Positions 27,553 through 43,599 of a DNA stretch of 64,000 nt are shown piece after piece. Each line of letters begins with the position of its first letter. The first letter of the stretch is position 1. Source of the DNA: the human T2T-CHM13v2.0 reference genome, Homo sapiens; assembly GCF_009914755.1 (NCBI RefSeq), contig NC_060927.1. One strand, given 5' to 3'. A program made the position numbers and the translations under genes. Under the pieces are notes generated by a model. It was not told where the DNA came from. It did not search any database and saw nothing but the letters and a program-made list of their open reading frames with translations.

Positions 27553-28029
27553 AATGATGATGACGATGCTCTGAGGTGCCTTTGCCCTTTTGGGTGGGAA
27601 TCACAAATTTTTAATTTTGCCCTGGATCCTGAGACAGCTTTATCCCTGAGGTACGGCTTAGTGGCACTGCAACAAATGGCCCATGAGAAATGCTTCCCTC
27701 TGTGAGCACTGTACTCTTGAAAAATAGGACAGGACAACCACTCCTGCTGTTGATATCTTTAGACACCTTAAATAATTGTTCACTCTCTAGAATAAACAAT
27801 ATTTCCGCAGTATAGTGATTTTGTCCTTGGTGCTTTTAGTCGATATGCACCTGTCTAGAGGCGTGGTGCCCTTTCACCTGGCTCTATTGGAATCTGAGAT
27901 GTTCGAGGCTGGAAAAGAGGCATGGGCTCCCATGGCAGGGTGTTTTCCTAGAACGGCCATCATAACAATAGCTCCCAAGTCATATTCTCCCCGCCGGAGT
28001 CTTGGAAGGCCTGTGATTTGGGAATACAG

Positions 28030-28380
28030 TGACACACTCTTGGAACTCTAAGCTGCCACGTAAGAAGTCCAGCTTCTCTGAGGCTGCCATGTTGTAAGGA
28101 GGTGCAATCCAGTGAAGAAGAGACATGTAGATGCTCCAGTTGGCAGTGACAGTCTTCAAGTCCACCCAGCCCAGGCATCAGAGACATGGAAGTTGGAGCC
28201 TCAGTTTGCCCTCTGTGTTTTAATCTTCCCAGCTGAGGCCCAAAACATGTGAAGAGAAAATCCATCCCCATCATGTCTGTTTCACATTCTTGGGCTACAG
28301 AACTTGTGGGCATAATCAAATGGCTAATGTTTTGTGACACTAAGTTTGGTGTGCTTTGTCATGTGGCAATAGTACTCATG
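28030..28380 (+). mobile_element. MLT1 MaLR LTR fragment
   Basis: gaggctgccatgttgtaagga…cttcccagctgaggccc…cactaagtttggtgtgctttgt. Confidence 0.65.
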
Positions 28381-28784
28381 AGCACTCCATAAGCCCCAAG
28401 AGACAAGTGAGAAAAATCAATCCCCATCCTGCAGATCCCCATCAATAAGCACAATCATCCCTACATGAGTGACTTTGTGCAGCCACCATTCCTAGGGGTT
28501 CTGGAAGTATTTTTCTGCCATGACAAACCTCACGAATCTGACCTTTCCTAAGCAATGTAGCATGATGAACAGTGTATTAAAAGGAGGCAAACCACCTCAC
28601 TACCTCATGCAGGAATGTGGGCTTCCCAATAAAGGCCTTTCAGGAGCAAACTTGTAACTGAGTTGGTGAGAGTTTGAACTGAACTATTTACTTGCCCTAG
28701 AGGTTACCTAGTAGTTCAGAGATAACACCTCAGGTAGAGACATTGCTGATAATAAAATTGCTAAATTCTTCAGCACTTACTTCA

Positions 28785-29317
<533 letters not shown>

Positions 29318-29539
29318 TTAGGGACTCCTTTGTTAAAAATTGAAGTTGAGGAAGGAAGTCCCAAGAAGACTTGCTTATACAGTTCAGATTTTATTCCAGA
29401 AGGGAAGACTGGCATCTTCTTCCCGGTTGTTTGATTAGCCACTGGACTCCCTGCCTGTCCAAGTGCTTGCAAATCAGGCAAAGTGTACCAGGGAGAAGTA
29501 GCACTGTGGCTGGTGTTGGGGGAGAGGGGCAAGGATACC

Positions 29540-29909
29540 TGCTATGGACTGAATGTTTGTGTCCTCCCACTGCTTCGTTTCATATGTTGAAATCCTAACC
29601 CCCAATGTGATGGTGTTCGGAAGTGCGACCTTTGGGAGGTAATTAGGTCATGAAGGTAGAGTCCTCATGAATGAGATCAGTACACTTACAAATAGAAATG
29701 AAAGCTTCCTCTCTCTCTGCTCTCTGCCGTGTGAGGACACAGTAAGAAGATGACCATCTGCAAACCAGAAAGAAGGCCTTCACCAGACATGTGGTCTGCC
29801 AGCACCTTGATCTTGGACTTCCCAGGCTCCAGAACTGTGAGAAATAAATGCTTGTTGTGTAAGCCACCCAGCCTATGGCAGTTTGTTATAGCAACCAGAA
29901 CTAAGACAA
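29540..29909 (+). mobile_element. MLT1A/B MaLR solo LTR
   Basis: tgctatggactgaatgtttgtgtcc…aactgtgagaaataaatg…aactaagaca. Confidence 0.85.
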
Positions 29910-31329
29910 TATCCCTCAAGTTCCCAGGCCTCAGAGATATAAAAGATGAATCTGATCCAAGCCGTGAGCCCCAGCATTAGAGTCTAAGGAAGGAAGAGGA
30001 GACTGGGGCTGAAGCGTTACTAGATTGAGGAGCATAGGAAGAGGCCCCAAGTGAAGGTCAGATGTGTCTCACAGGTACACGAAAGCCACGGATGCGTCAT
30101 GGGAGTGAGGGGCTCCAACAAGGGAAATGGATCAGTGGTGACAACCATCAGAAACCAAACGTCAACTAATGCATGCTCTTGCTTAAGGAGACAGCTTCCG
30201 TCCTCTACAGAAGGATGGGGAAGGGGTGGGGAACAGCAAAGGGAGCGGCCCACACCACCTCCCAGCTCCAGATCCCTAGAACTGCAGGTGAGCCTGAGCT
30301 TGGGAAAGGAAGAAAGATTTGAATCACAAGTGTTTGAGGTGATGAATATGCTAATCTCTCTGATTTGATCATTATACAACGTATACATGTATCGAAACAT
30401 CATGGAAATGTACAATTATATGCCAATTAAAATCAAAATAACACTTTAAAAAGTATATGAAGTTGGAGTTTTAAAACAAATGAGGCTGAGTTTTAATAAC
30501 TGGATTATCCCATTTTAATAACTGAAATTATGAAGTTACAGAGTTGGACAGAGGTGACATTAAGGAAGCCTTTGACTCAGGAGCAGAGCATAGATGGGGA
30601 CAGACATTGAAAAAACAGGCAGTTTATGTGTGACGGACATCATGGGTTGAATAAGCTGTCCTCACACTCGTTATCTGGCAGACAGTGTAGTAGCTGGGGT
30701 GCAGGTTCTGGGCCCCAAGCCCTGGGTTTGAATGAGGCACTGACTGGCTGCAGGCCTTCAAGGTATCTTATGAACTCAGATTTGAGTTTCCTGTTTGCAA
30801 AGTGGGGCTAATACAGGCTATGTCACAGAGTTGTGAGACTTAAATGAAATAATGTCTGTACACATTCAAAAATAGAAAGGAGCTGCTTTATTCACAGGGT
30901 ATCTCTCTTTTTGCTCCTCCACATGTTCACTTCCTGGTAAGAAGACCCCTGGGTCTCCATTCCCTGGATCACTGCCTACTGGCCTGCCCACAGCTGTGCA
31001 GTTCTTCCAGCTTCTGAGCCACTGGCACTGATGAGGGAGGTTCTTTCCTGCCTCTCTGAGACCCTGCTGTGGTCCACACTGGATCAGCCTTCCTTGCAGG
31101 CCTCAGCAGTGACCACCAGACACACCTCTTTTCTGCCTTAACAGTCTTTTCTCTTTCCCTGGAGTACCCTGAGCCGCAGTTAGTGCTGTCACCCAATGAC
31201 TGCTCATTTTCCTTAGGGCCCTGAGGGAGGGCTGCCCAGACCCTCATCTGGGCCATTGACTCTTCTCAACAGTGGTGGCCTGGAACAGCTGGACTCAGCC
31301 CAGATGCACATTGCCCTGGTGGTGAACAC

Positions 31330-31930
31330 TTTTTAAAATTGAGGTATAGCTTATCTAAAGTAAAGTGTACAGATCTTAGTGTACAGCTTGATGAATTTTT
31401 ACATATGGGTACACCCATGTAAGCAAATCACCCAAGTCAAGACTTAGAAAAATTACATCACTCCAGAAGGCTTCTCCAGGCTCAATAACCCAGTTTGCTT
31501 ATGCCCTTCCCAGTCAATAGCCCCCTCCCTCAGAGGCAACCAGCATTCTGACTTTTAACACCATAGATTTGTTTCACCTGATTTGAACTTCTTAACATGG
31601 ATTTATATTGTATGTAGACTTTACTAACTGGCTTATTTTGCTCAACATAACGTCTTTGAGAGTCATCCATGTTGTTGCACGGACCCATAGTTTGTTCCTT
31701 TTAATTGCTGCAGGGTATTCTATTGCATGGATATATTACAATTTGTGTATCCATTCACCTTGACAGTCATTTGGGTTTGTTTCCAATTTTTGGCAATTAT
31801 GAATAAAGCTGCTGTCTACCTTCACATATATGTGCTTCTGTAAACACATGCACTAAGTTCTCTTGAGTAAATACCTAGGAGTGAAATTGATGGGTCATAG
31901 GATATGGGCATGTTTAACTTTAGTGGATAT
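31330..31930 (-). mobile_element. L1M 3' fragment
   Basis: aattgaggtatagc…catccatgttgttgca…aaatacctaggagtgaaattg antisense L1 motifs. Confidence 0.75.
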
Positions 31931-34195
31931 CATGGGCATTTGATGAATGCCATTTATTAGAACCAATGAGTGAATGAACAAATGACACTTTAGTGCCACC
32001 ATTAGCTTTTAAACACTAACACAGGAATGTATGCATTTGGGGTAAAAATGGGTTTATTGCAAATAAAGTCATTTAGACAGGATTGTCAGTGGTTTTAAAA
32101 CAGAGCATGGGGTTTTGAGGGGCAGGCAGGAAGAGAAACTTGGCCAAGAGACCCCTGGAAAGAGGCAGGTCAGAGCCAGGATGAGATGGGGGCTGGTGGG
32201 GGGTTTTACAAAGTGCTGAAAGCAGGGCCAAGCACATGACCATGACCCACACACGTTCGTGCCCACAAAGAGCGTAGTGGTGTGTGCTTCTGTGAGATTC
32301 TCCATCATGTTTCATAATTGGTTTCCTTCACCTTGGGAGTCTTTAGTCATAAAACATTTCGCTGTCAAAACATTATCAATTCAGCTATATGGATAATGTA
32401 TCAGCAATGTAATCTGCAATTAGTGCAGCTGTCAGTCAAGAGCCACCCTAGGGAATACAACAGACCCAGAGCCCCGCCTCCTCTGCTGCTGTTCCAGCTT
32501 CCCCTCCAGACCCATCCTTAGACACCCAGTGCCACCCTGCTTTCTACATGCACCATAGGGCCTGCTCTCAAATCCCCCAGTCTGTAATCTCTTCAGTATT
32601 GGCAGCCCTCCCCGGGAGTACCAGACTATTTTTGGCACAGCAGTAGGGAATTGTGGGAGGAATAAAGTGATTGCCATTAATGTTGGAATATTAGACACTG
32701 GGAGCAGGGGGAGTTGAGGAAAGAGTAAAGGAGGCAACCCAGTCACACAAAACCTCACCTGCTTTGCCTTTGCATGTGATTGATCCTGCTGATAACACAG
32801 CTCTGCACTTCTGGCTTTACTTTTAGGCCCAAATTCAAACATTTTACCCTGTTTCTCACAGCCCTTGCTTACTTCTAATCACCTCTTTTATCTAAGTCGT
32901 CACCAAACCCAAGATCATCTAGGTTTTCTTCTATGTTATCTTCTAGTTTTACAGTTTTACATTTTACCTTTAGATCTATGACACATTTTGAGTTAATTTT
33001 TGTGAAGATCTGTGTCTAGATTCATTTTTTTGCATGTGGATATTGTTGTTCCAGACCATTTGTCAAAAAGACTATCTTTGCACCCACTTGATATTCTGAA
33101 AGTCACTTGTGATGCTTGGTTGATGTCTGCTTCCCCACTGGAAAATAAACCACATTCAGACAAGTTCTAGGTTTTCACTGCCTAACTCAAGGACTTGACA
33201 TATCATATATGCTTCATCTAAACCTATGGCATTAAGGAAGTAAGCAAATGCTCTTTATTTAACCCCGTGCCTTTCATTATGACTCTTACTTTAAGTTAAA
33301 GTGAGACATTATTATCATCATCATTATTATCATCAACAGGCTAAATTCTTCCATTGTACCATCCAAATTGTTCAAATTTGCTGGGAAAGGAATGGTAGGT
33401 TTGTCCCTTCCCTTTGGAAAACTTTTTTTTTTTTTTAAAGAAAGATGGTTTTGCCCAAGCACTGTAATTGTATTGAAAGTAGCCATTTAACTTTTGGGTT
33501 CAACTCTGAATTCTGATATTGTAGCCAGCAAGAGGTCTTTGCCAGGTAGTTCTCAAATAGAGTCCATTTTAATTATCCAGTTTCTGGATTATTCAGCTCC
33601 TGTGCTTTCCTTTCTTCTTTCATCATCTGTCCTTCAGTGATACTTGTGAAAACATCCACCACAAGGAGGACTTGCACAATGATCCTTGAACCTTCAGTTT
33701 CCCAGGGTGCTTGAGTCACACATGGCACATGCACACAGGAAGGACCCCTGTGAAAATAATTCTTGCACCCCCACCCAGATTTTTCTGCTCCAGGCACTGA
33801 AATATGGGGCAGGGAGTCCTCATGTTGGAGACTCAGTGCAGATTTCTAAGGGGCTTGCATTGAGAGCCAGGCAAACTTCAGGTTCAGTCCCTGCCTTGCC
33901 ACTGACTGGTCATGTGATCTTAGATAAGATGCTTCATCTCACTAAGCCTCAGCTGACCCCTCTGGGTGATAGGTGTTTATTTACAAAACTATCTACCTAT
34001 GAGCAATGAGACTTCAGTTATTTAAAAATCCCTGTACCCATTTCCTCATCTGTAAAATGGGATAATAATAACTCTCTTTAAGGTTATGAGGATTAAATGA
34101 TTTAATGTGTACAAAACTCTGCTAAAAATGTATTAGGATGCTGCTGCTGCTGATGATGATGATGTTACAGCACTGTGATTAAGAGTGTCACTTTG

Positions 34196-34763
34196 AGCTA
34201 AAAATAGAACTACCATTTCACCCAGTAATCCCATTACTGGGTATATACCCAAAGGAATATAAATTGTTCTGCCGTAAAGACACATGCACGCGAATGTTCA
34301 TGGCAGCACTATTCACAATAGTGAAAACACAGAATTAACCTAAATGGCTATCAATGGCAGACTGGATAAAGAAAACATGGTACATATACACCATGGAATA
34401 CTACACAGCCATAAAAAATAATGAGATCATGTCCTTTGCAGGAACACGGGTGGAGCTGGAGGCCATTATCCTTAGCAAACTAACTCAGGAAGAGAAGACC
34501 AAATATCGCATGCTCTCACTTATAAATGAGAGCTAAAAGATGGGAACACATGGACATATAGAGGGGAACAAGAGACACTGGGGCCTACTTGAGGATGGAG
34601 GGTGGGAAGAGAGAGAGGATCAGGAAAAATAACTATTGATACTACAGGGCTTGGTACCTGGGTGAAGAAATAATTTGTACAATAAACCCCTGCGACATGA
34701 GTTTACCTGTGTAACAAAGCTGCATATATACCCTTGAACCAAAAATAAAAGTTGAAAAAAAAA
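34196..34763 (+). mobile_element. 5'-truncated L1PA/PB 3' end inserted in a MIR
   Basis: Encodes ORF2 C-terminal remnant (WIKKTWYIYTMEYYTAIK), poly(A), TSD aagagtgtc(a/g)ctttg at 34181 and 34764. Confidence 0.92.
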
Positions 34764-36104
34764 AAGAGTGTCGCTTTGGAGTCAAACAAGCCTAGGTTCA
34801 AATCTCAAATGTATGCCCCTAAGGAAGCTACTCAATCCCTTTAATATATGTTTTCCTCATCTGGAAAATGAGATAATAATGGTGCTCCCTTCATAGGGTG
34901 GTTGTGAGATTCAAGTGCTCAGTGTGGGTCCTGACAAATAGAAAGTGGGTAACAGCTGGTAGCTACCGCCATTGTGGAAGATTCTTACACAATCTCTGAA
35001 GAGATTCCTTAACTTGGGACCTTGTATCGATGTCAAAAAGATCTTTTGGGAATGTTTGAGCTCACAGTCTATACTGAGGATAACAGATAACTCACAAGGT
35101 ACAGTGTAGACAGTGACCTAAAAAAGAAACACCACGCAATGTGGCCTCTGGTTCCTCTCACTAAACAGCAGCCTTAACCGAGAGAGGTTGGGTGAAAAGT
35201 CCCACTGCTGGTCCCGGCAAGTTGGTGTTTGATGAGCTAACGTTGCTTCTGTGCCAAGTGGGCCATTGACGTCTTGGTTTGGAGCCCCTGGGATTGACTC
35301 TTAGTCATCGTTCCAGCTCCTGGCCAGGGCACAGTCTGGGGTAGGTTGGGCTTTCCTTATTGACAGGCGAGGAAGGGCTGCAGAGGAGCTGCTTTGTCCA
35401 GACTGTGTTGGCTCCACAGCCTCCCAGACATTTTCTGCTCTGTCGGCAGAGAGCTATCTCCCTGGACAGACAGAGGCCATGAGAAAGGCTTCAAAGCCCA
35501 TCTGAGAGTGGGGGTTGGGGAGTGAGTATGCCCTAGAAAGAATCCTCCCTTAGAGCTGCAAAAAGACGCTCCTGAGCCATTCCCAGCAGCAGTCCCTGGC
35601 ACAGTCCAAGGCAGCTCATTGCTGCACATCATTGCTTAGTTAGTTCATGTCCAATATCAGAAGCAGCAGCATCTCATCTGTTCCTCTGCAGCCCTCTGAG
35701 AGAGATGAGGCATCTCAATTTTACAGGTGAGGCTGCTAAGGCCAAGGGATGTCCTTTGCTCAGAGACAGCCAGTTGGGAAGTCTCAGGCCATTTCTCTTT
35801 CCTCTGGGCCCTGTATCACTTAGCTCCTACTGGCCACTACAAACACAGCCCATTTTTCACTGCCCTCAAGCCACAACCCAGTACCAGGGGCTCCCTACCA
35901 CCTGGTTCCTCAAGTCTGCCTCTGGGCCATTGCAGCCCCTGCGCTCCCTGTGCTTGGACAGTGCCTCCATATAGTTAGGTCTCAGTGAAGACATCATCAC
36001 CTCCAAGAGGCCTTTCCCTAGTCACCCTAAAGTAGCATTCATCAATCACTCTGTATCTCATCATTGAATGCCTCCAAACCCTTATCCTACTCATCTTTAT
36101 TCTT

Positions 36105-36398
36105 CTTTTTTTTTTTTTTTTTTTTTTTTTTGAGACAGAGTCTCACTCTATCATCCAGGCTGGAGGGCAGTGGTGCAATCTTGACCTCCCGGGCTCAAGA
36201 AATCCTCTCACCTCAGCCTCCAGAGCATCTGGGACTACAGGCAATTACCACCATGCTGGGCTAATTTTTTTGTATTGTTTGGTAGAGACAGGGGTTCACC
36301 GTGTTGCCCAGCCTGGTCTCAAACTCCTGGGCTCAAGCAATCTGCCTGCCTCGGCCTCCCAACGTGCTGGGATTACAGGCCTGAGGCACTGCGCCCAC
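36105..36398 (-). mobile_element. AluJ
   Basis: Poly(T) then reverse Alu with a small internal deletion. Confidence 0.92.
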
Positions 36399-38237
36399 CT
36401 ATCCATTTATTTTTATCTCTCTCAGTGAGGTTAGAATCTCAGGAGTCTTGCTCACTGTCGCCTTGCAGCACTTGGCAAACAGCACCATCCTCAGACGAGG
36501 GGCAGCCAAGCCCCTGCCCTGGGCCCTGAACCAATGCCCAGAGGGTCTGCTCTGGGCCTTTGCAGCTGTGCCCTCCCCATAGGATAAGGGGTCTACAGGA
36601 CCAAAGGAAGTACCCACCCAGAGCCCATTATCTCCTCTTCTAGATGGCATTATGGGTACCCAGGAATCAGTAAGTCCCTGACCAAATGGCCCTAAACCCA
36701 CTTCCAGGGAGGAATTGTGGGCCTCTTATCTTCCCTAGGGTAGAATACACACCATTGTGAGACCCCAAGACCCAATGGGTGGCCACGGAGCAGTACATGC
36801 AGGTGAGGTCCCTCAGAATGCTGGGCAGACAGGGAGAGTTGGGGGAGAGAAGAAAAGGGAGGGCCGTTCCCATATGGGGGCCAAGGGAGGGTATGGGGGA
36901 GGTCTCCACACACCATTGAGTTCCAATGCAGAACTCCAGGGAGCTCTAGGATTATGCATTTGAACCCGGCCCTCCAGGTCTTTATGACAGTATATGATGG
37001 AACAGTTCATTAGTTTGATTTATAACTTAAAATTTAGACATATAGTATGTGGGCCTCCAATTGCTCTCCAAATGTTAGGGGCAGGCCTGTTAACATATAG
37101 TAGATAACCACTAAATATTGACTAAATAAAGGTATAAGTGAATGAAGAAATGAACAAATGAATGAAGTTTAAGCCCATTCACCAGAGCTTCCACAGTGGC
37201 AGCTTGGGGGAAGTTTCCACACAGAGTAAAGTGGAGCCTCTCACTCAGTCTGGATAGACACAACCAAGTGAGGAGCTTGCACCCTGGTGGGCCAAATCAC
37301 ACTGCTCCAGGGATTGCTGTAAGACAGTCAGCCTCAGTAATGCGATCAAATTAGAGCCACAGCCAAAATAACCAGCCATTTCCTAAAGTAGCGTAGAATG
37401 TGGCTTTGAGCTTTTCCATGGATTTAATTTCCCCCACTATACCTTCAAGCATTGACTACATGTGTGTTTAAAGTAAGGCATTAAGAAACATATGGCCAAT
37501 AGCAGGCTCTATCCTATTTTTCTAAGAACTATGAAGCTAGTGGATGGGCCCCAGCAAGATAATATAACAAAAGAAAAGAAAAAGAGTTAATTCTATAAAA
37601 TGCAGTAACTGCTAAGTCAACTCCTTTTAAAACATTTTAGAGATTTTAAGGTCAAGAATTAATGGTCCACTTACTTCAAAGGAATCAATTTATTTCTTCA
37701 GCATTCATTTTCAAAATCAATCATTTTGCATCACCTAGAGAACTTAAGAAATTGAACTTTGAGAGCACATTACCGTAAAACACTCATCGGTCTATGTATG
37801 ACTTCCAGCTACCACGAGTCTTTTTCACATAAATCCCAAAGATAGTTGATTTCTTGCTGCTTTGCTCTAGATGTAATAGCTGGTAATAATGTGGTCCTGC
37901 AGAGGTGTTCTAAATAATGGATAGCAAAGCAAAGCCCTTGCAGGGATCAATTCAGACCAACAACCATCTAGAGTGAACCCATGTAGGCCAGGCATGTGCT
38001 AGGTGCTGACAGGGCCTTTTGGTGTAATTGAGCAGTGCAGGCAGGAAGCCAATTCAGGAAAAGCATAGAATTATTTGCTTTTCCCTCTGCTAGCTGAGTT
38101 ATTCCTGCAAGATGGGTGTGTTCAGGGTTCCGAATTATTTAAAGGTTTATGCTGAAAATTTGGAGGGCAATAACTATGCACCAGTGTATCTTTAGTCAAA
38201 GTTGTTATGTTTCTGCTTTGTAGAAACATCCCATCAA

Positions 38238-38530
<293 letters not shown>

Positions 38531-38540
38531 ACACACACAC

Positions 38541-38920
38541 TGTATTAGGCCATTTTCATACTGCTATAAAGAACTACCCAAGACTGGGTAATTTATAAAG
38601 GAAAGGTTTAATTGACTCACAGTTCCATATGGCTGGGGAGGCCTCAGGAAACTTACAATTGTGGGAGAAGGCAAAGGGGAAGAAGGCACCTTCACAAGGT
38701 GGCAGGAAGGAGAAGAACTGAGCAAAGGGGAAGAACCCCTTATAAAACTATCATATCTCATGAGAATTCACTCACTATCATGAGAACGACATGGGGGAAA
38801 TCGCCCCATGATTCAATCACCTCCACCTGCTCTCTCCCTTGACACATGGGGATTATAGGGATTATTGGGTCTACAATTCAAGATGAGATTTGGGTAGGAA
38901 CACAAAGCCTAACCATATCA
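38541..38920 (-). mobile_element. THE1/MST MaLR solo LTR
   Basis: tgtattaggcc…aaccatatca termini; 5-bp TSD cacac/cagac. Confidence 0.9.
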
Positions 38921-39773
38921 CAGACACACACACACAACCTCCAGCTGAGTTAACCTAAAGGCTGATGTTATTATCCTGGTGCTGCAACAAATAGTCTCGG
39001 TGACCTTGGACAAGTCACTCCACCTAACCTCCCCAAGCTTTAGTTTGGATGGGTAATCTGTAGACTGTCATCAGTGCTAACAGTCTGGAAAACCCCATGT
39101 TAATCAACACCACCAGGGACTCAGACAGACCAGCTGTTTGGCTTCAGAAGACAAAACCTCCAGCTGAATGAGGGCATTTAGCATTGGGCTTTTTGGCAGC
39201 TGCACACACAGTGAATAAATGTCAGGAGTAGATTAGTAAGGGAGCCTTGGGTAGAGAGAGCTTTGGTAATTCAAGCCCCTGAGCATCCTATTTACTGAGA
39301 AGTGGCTCTGAATTAAATAAACATGTAAATTACACACTCATCCCAAATTGGATTTCAAGCTGAGCATCATTACTGGAGTGTAGGAGAGACAGCTACAGTC
39401 CAAGGCTACCTGCTCTCCTCAACCTTCAGTACTAACTGGATCAAGGTTTAATTCTTCCAAACAGCCACATATTTCACATTGCATTTGACTGGATATAATA
39501 GGAAACTTGAGCAGGGGCTATTATTATTTGCAGGGGTGGGGTGGAGGATCTGGCTATGCCACCCCAAACTCTTCATTGACTACAAATTTAACCTTGAGCA
39601 AATCTTGTTCTATGATCATGAAAGTCCTGCCCAGCCTCTAACATTTTATAGTCTATCACTTGTTCCTAATGAGAATCATTAAAATTAACACTCAGGGCAG
39701 CCTGCAGAATAACGGCTTCAGATCTTGACTGCACTTTGGAATCACCTGAGGATCTTAAAACTTTACTGATGTT

Positions 39774-40064
39774 GCTCAGGCACAGTGGCTCACGCCTGTA
39801 ATCCCAGCACTTTGGGAGGGTGAGGCAGGATTGTGTGAGACCAGGAGTTCAAGACCAGCCTAGGCAATATAGCAAGTCCTCCATCTCTACAGAGAACTTT
39901 AAAATTAGCCAGGCATGGTGGCATGCACTTGTAGTTCCAGGTACCTGTAAGGCTGAGGCAGGAGGACCACTTGAGCCAGGAGGCTCACATTACAGTGAGC
40001 TATGATTACACCACTGCCCTCCATTCTGAGCAACAGAGTAACACTCTGCCTCTAAAAAAATAAA
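39774..40064 (+). mobile_element. AluJ inserted in a MER5-like element (~39705-40180)
   Basis: Dimeric Alu flanked by ggaatcacctgagg… and …cagattctaatttcattggtctg. Confidence 0.85.
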
Positions 40065-40229
40065 ATTACTGACATTATGTTCCACCTGCAGATTCTAATT
40101 TCATTGGTCTGAGGGCTCCTGGGCTTTAATTTTAAAAGCCCACAGGGATACAAATGGACATTCAGGCTGAAAACTCCTGCTTCAGGGAGAAAGCTCCATG
40201 GGGTGTGTGGCACACACTGTGAGCTACTC

Positions 40230-40710
40230 AAAAGCCATCCAGTGCTCAATTTTCCCTTGTCTTCATCACATAAAAAGACTAGAAAACTAAAATACCTCCC
40301 TAGATTCCCTTACAGTAAGAGGCTTATGTGCCCCAGTTCTGACCAGTGAGATATAAGTGGAATTCACTGGGTAGAGATCCCAGGAAAGCTTTTTAGAGGA
40401 GACTGACTTGGCTGGTGGGCACTTTAGCCCTTGCCCTGTGCCCCCTTTTTTTCTTCCTGTCTGTAATATAGAAGCCATGCCTGGATCTTCAGCTGCTGTA
40501 TTACAAGTGCCAAGCACTTGTCTAAAGATGGTAGAGCAGGAAGAGAGAAGGGACCTGGATCTTTGGGGTCACCGTGACCTGCAATATCTGCCCTATTGCC
40601 TATCTTGGAATTCTTTGATGCATGAGATAAATAACCTCCCTACTTATTTCAGTCACTGCCAGTGCCCCTTCCTCTTGCATGCAGCCCAGCACTATCTTTA
40701 AATGATACAG
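40230..40710 (+). mobile_element. Old MLT1 LTR
   Basis: agttctgaccagtgagatataagtggaa…cagctgctgtatt…aaatgataca. Confidence 0.6.
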
Positions 40711-40832
40711 AACATGAAAGGTGTTAAGAGGAAATGCTTCGCCTTCTCAAGGTCACCTCAATCTTACAGCATGAACACAGAGTGAGAAACAATTTTCTTA
40801 ATTTGTAAATGACCATTATAACTAAGCATATT

Positions 40833-41137
<305 letters not shown>

Positions 41138-41419
41138 CTAAAGCATACTGACACTTAAACCAGAAGAGTTATGTTTTTGAGTCTACAGGAGGCTCCCCAA
41201 AAGGCCTGTGCATTGACAGAAACATCTGGAGCCTAGCTACTAGGTTAAGGTTATGGCTCTTGGAAAATTGTACTAATACTCAACTGCCATCTTGACCCCA
41301 GCCCTGCTGCTACTGCTCCTGGGCTGGGTAAAAGGCCTAGTGTGCTCAAGAGTACAAGGATAGGAAGCTGAAAGCAGAGTTGTGCAGAACAAGGGCTCAA
41401 TAAATCTCAGGGGCTTTCT

Positions 41420-41525
41420 ATTTTATTTTTATTTTTGAGACAGGGTTTTGCTCTGTTGCCCATGCTGGAGTGCAGTGGCACAATCACAGCTCACTGCAGC
41501 CTCGACCTCCTAAGTTCAAGCCATT
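41420..41525 (-). mobile_element. Severely 5'-truncated Alu with TSD
   Basis: ~85 bp of right-arm 3' end plus tail, flanked by a repeated ggggctttcta. Confidence 0.85.
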
Positions 41526-42121
41526 CAGGGGCTTTCTAAAGATGTTATATTGGAGGCCATGATCCTAGCCATCACTTTCAGCTAGTCCCAGGAGTCTGTG
41601 TTACTGGGATGGAGGTGAGATTGGGGGTGGGGGCAGTTAGCTTCTCTTGCTGCCTTGACTTCCTTCCTTCTTCTCTCCTTCTTCTTTCCTTCTTCCTTTC
41701 TTCCTCTCTTTTCTAGGCTCACACTTCTGTATTCACAGGGAAGAGACAAAATGCTAGCCATCCTTACATTCCCTGCACTTGGCAGAGTATCTGTCAGAGA
41801 GTAAGTGCTCACTAAATGCTTGTTAGAATAAACACTCATCCTCACACTCTGCTCACACTTACCTACAAGTACCCACCACCACTCCCCCTTCCTGTGCAGG
41901 GAGAAGTCTAACCTGTTCTCATAATAGAGTTATGTTTTCTTCCCTTGTTACTTTCTCTGGATCACCCTACTGCCATTCCTGCCCATATCCTGATGCTGGC
42001 ATTTAACAAAAGAGAAATGGGAAAGCATCAGGAGAGACATATGGGAGGAGGGGGGTTATTCTGTGTTTTTAAGGACATGTCTATCTAGTCATGATAGTAA
42101 TTGAATAAAGCGGGAGATGCT

Positions 42122-42433
<312 letters not shown>

Positions 42434-42977
42434 TCAGAAGTGAGAGGAGAAACAAAGGGAAAAGGTCCTTGAGAAGGTGAAGTGGAGGGTTGGCCTTTGG
42501 TGGCAGGAGAGGCTCAAACAACAGAGAAGAGAGGCCCTACCTCAGTAGACTTGTACATCTAGATTCTGTTTTCCTAAAAAGGTGGAAAGTGAGATCATCA
42601 GCTGAGAATAACAGCAGAGGTTAGGATGTGGAAGGCTGAGAAAGAGAAGGTGGTATTGACCCATCATGACTTGCTTCCTCTTCTCCTCCCTAGGCTAGCC
42701 TTGACCAGGGCCTGCCTGCAGGCTTGTGATGAATGATATAATGGCCTCCTTGGCCTAGGTTATAAGATCCAATCAGTCTGTCAGACTATCTTAATTGTAT
42801 GCCAACTCATGCAGAGAATGGTGTGGAGTCATCTTCTCACACTCAATCAAAGTAAGTTCCTGCAATTTCTCCGCTAATGATATGGTTCGGCTCTGTGTCC
42901 CACCCAAGTCTCGTGTCAAATTGTAATCCTCAATGTTGGAGGAGGGTCCTGCTAGGAGGTGACTGAATCATGGTGGC

Positions 42978-43341
42978 TGTATTAGTCCATTTTCACACTG
43001 CTGATAAAGACATACCCAAGACTGGGTAAATTATAAAGAAAAAGTGGTCTAATGGATTCACAATTCCATGTGGCTGGGGAGGCCTTACAACCATGGTGGA
43101 AGGTGAAAGAAACATCTTCCATGGCAGCAGGCCAGAGAGAGAATGAGAGCCAAGCGAAAGGAATTTCCCCTTATAAGATCATCAGATCTTGTGAGAGTTA
43201 TTCACTACCACAAGAGCAGCATAGGGGAAACCGCCCCCATGATTCAATTATCTCCCACCAGGTCCCTCCTACAACACATGGGAATTATGAGAGCTACAAT
43301 TCAAGATGAGATTTGGGTGGGGACACAGCCAAAACATATCC
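42978..43341 (-). mobile_element. THE1 solo LTR
   Basis: tgtattagtccattttcacactgctgataaagacataccc…ggggacacagccaaaacatatc. Confidence 0.9.
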
Positions 43342-43599
43342 GGGGAGTACTTCCCCCTTGCTGTTCTCATGATAATGAGTGAGTTCTCACGAGATCCGCT
43401 TGCTTAAAAGTGTGCAGCACTTCCCCCCTTAGCTCTCTTCCTCTTGCTCCTTCCACATAAGATGTGCCTACTTCCTCTTTGCCTTCTGCCATGATTATAA
43501 GTTTCCTGAGGCCTCCCCAGCCATGCTTCCTGTATAGCCTGTGAAACTGAGTCAATTAAATCTTTTTTCTTTATAAATTACCCAGTCTCAGGTAGTCCT

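Noticed and set aside
34354-34536. 60-aa ORF with protein-like sequence
   Set aside because: L1 ORF2 C-terminal remnant in a truncated element.
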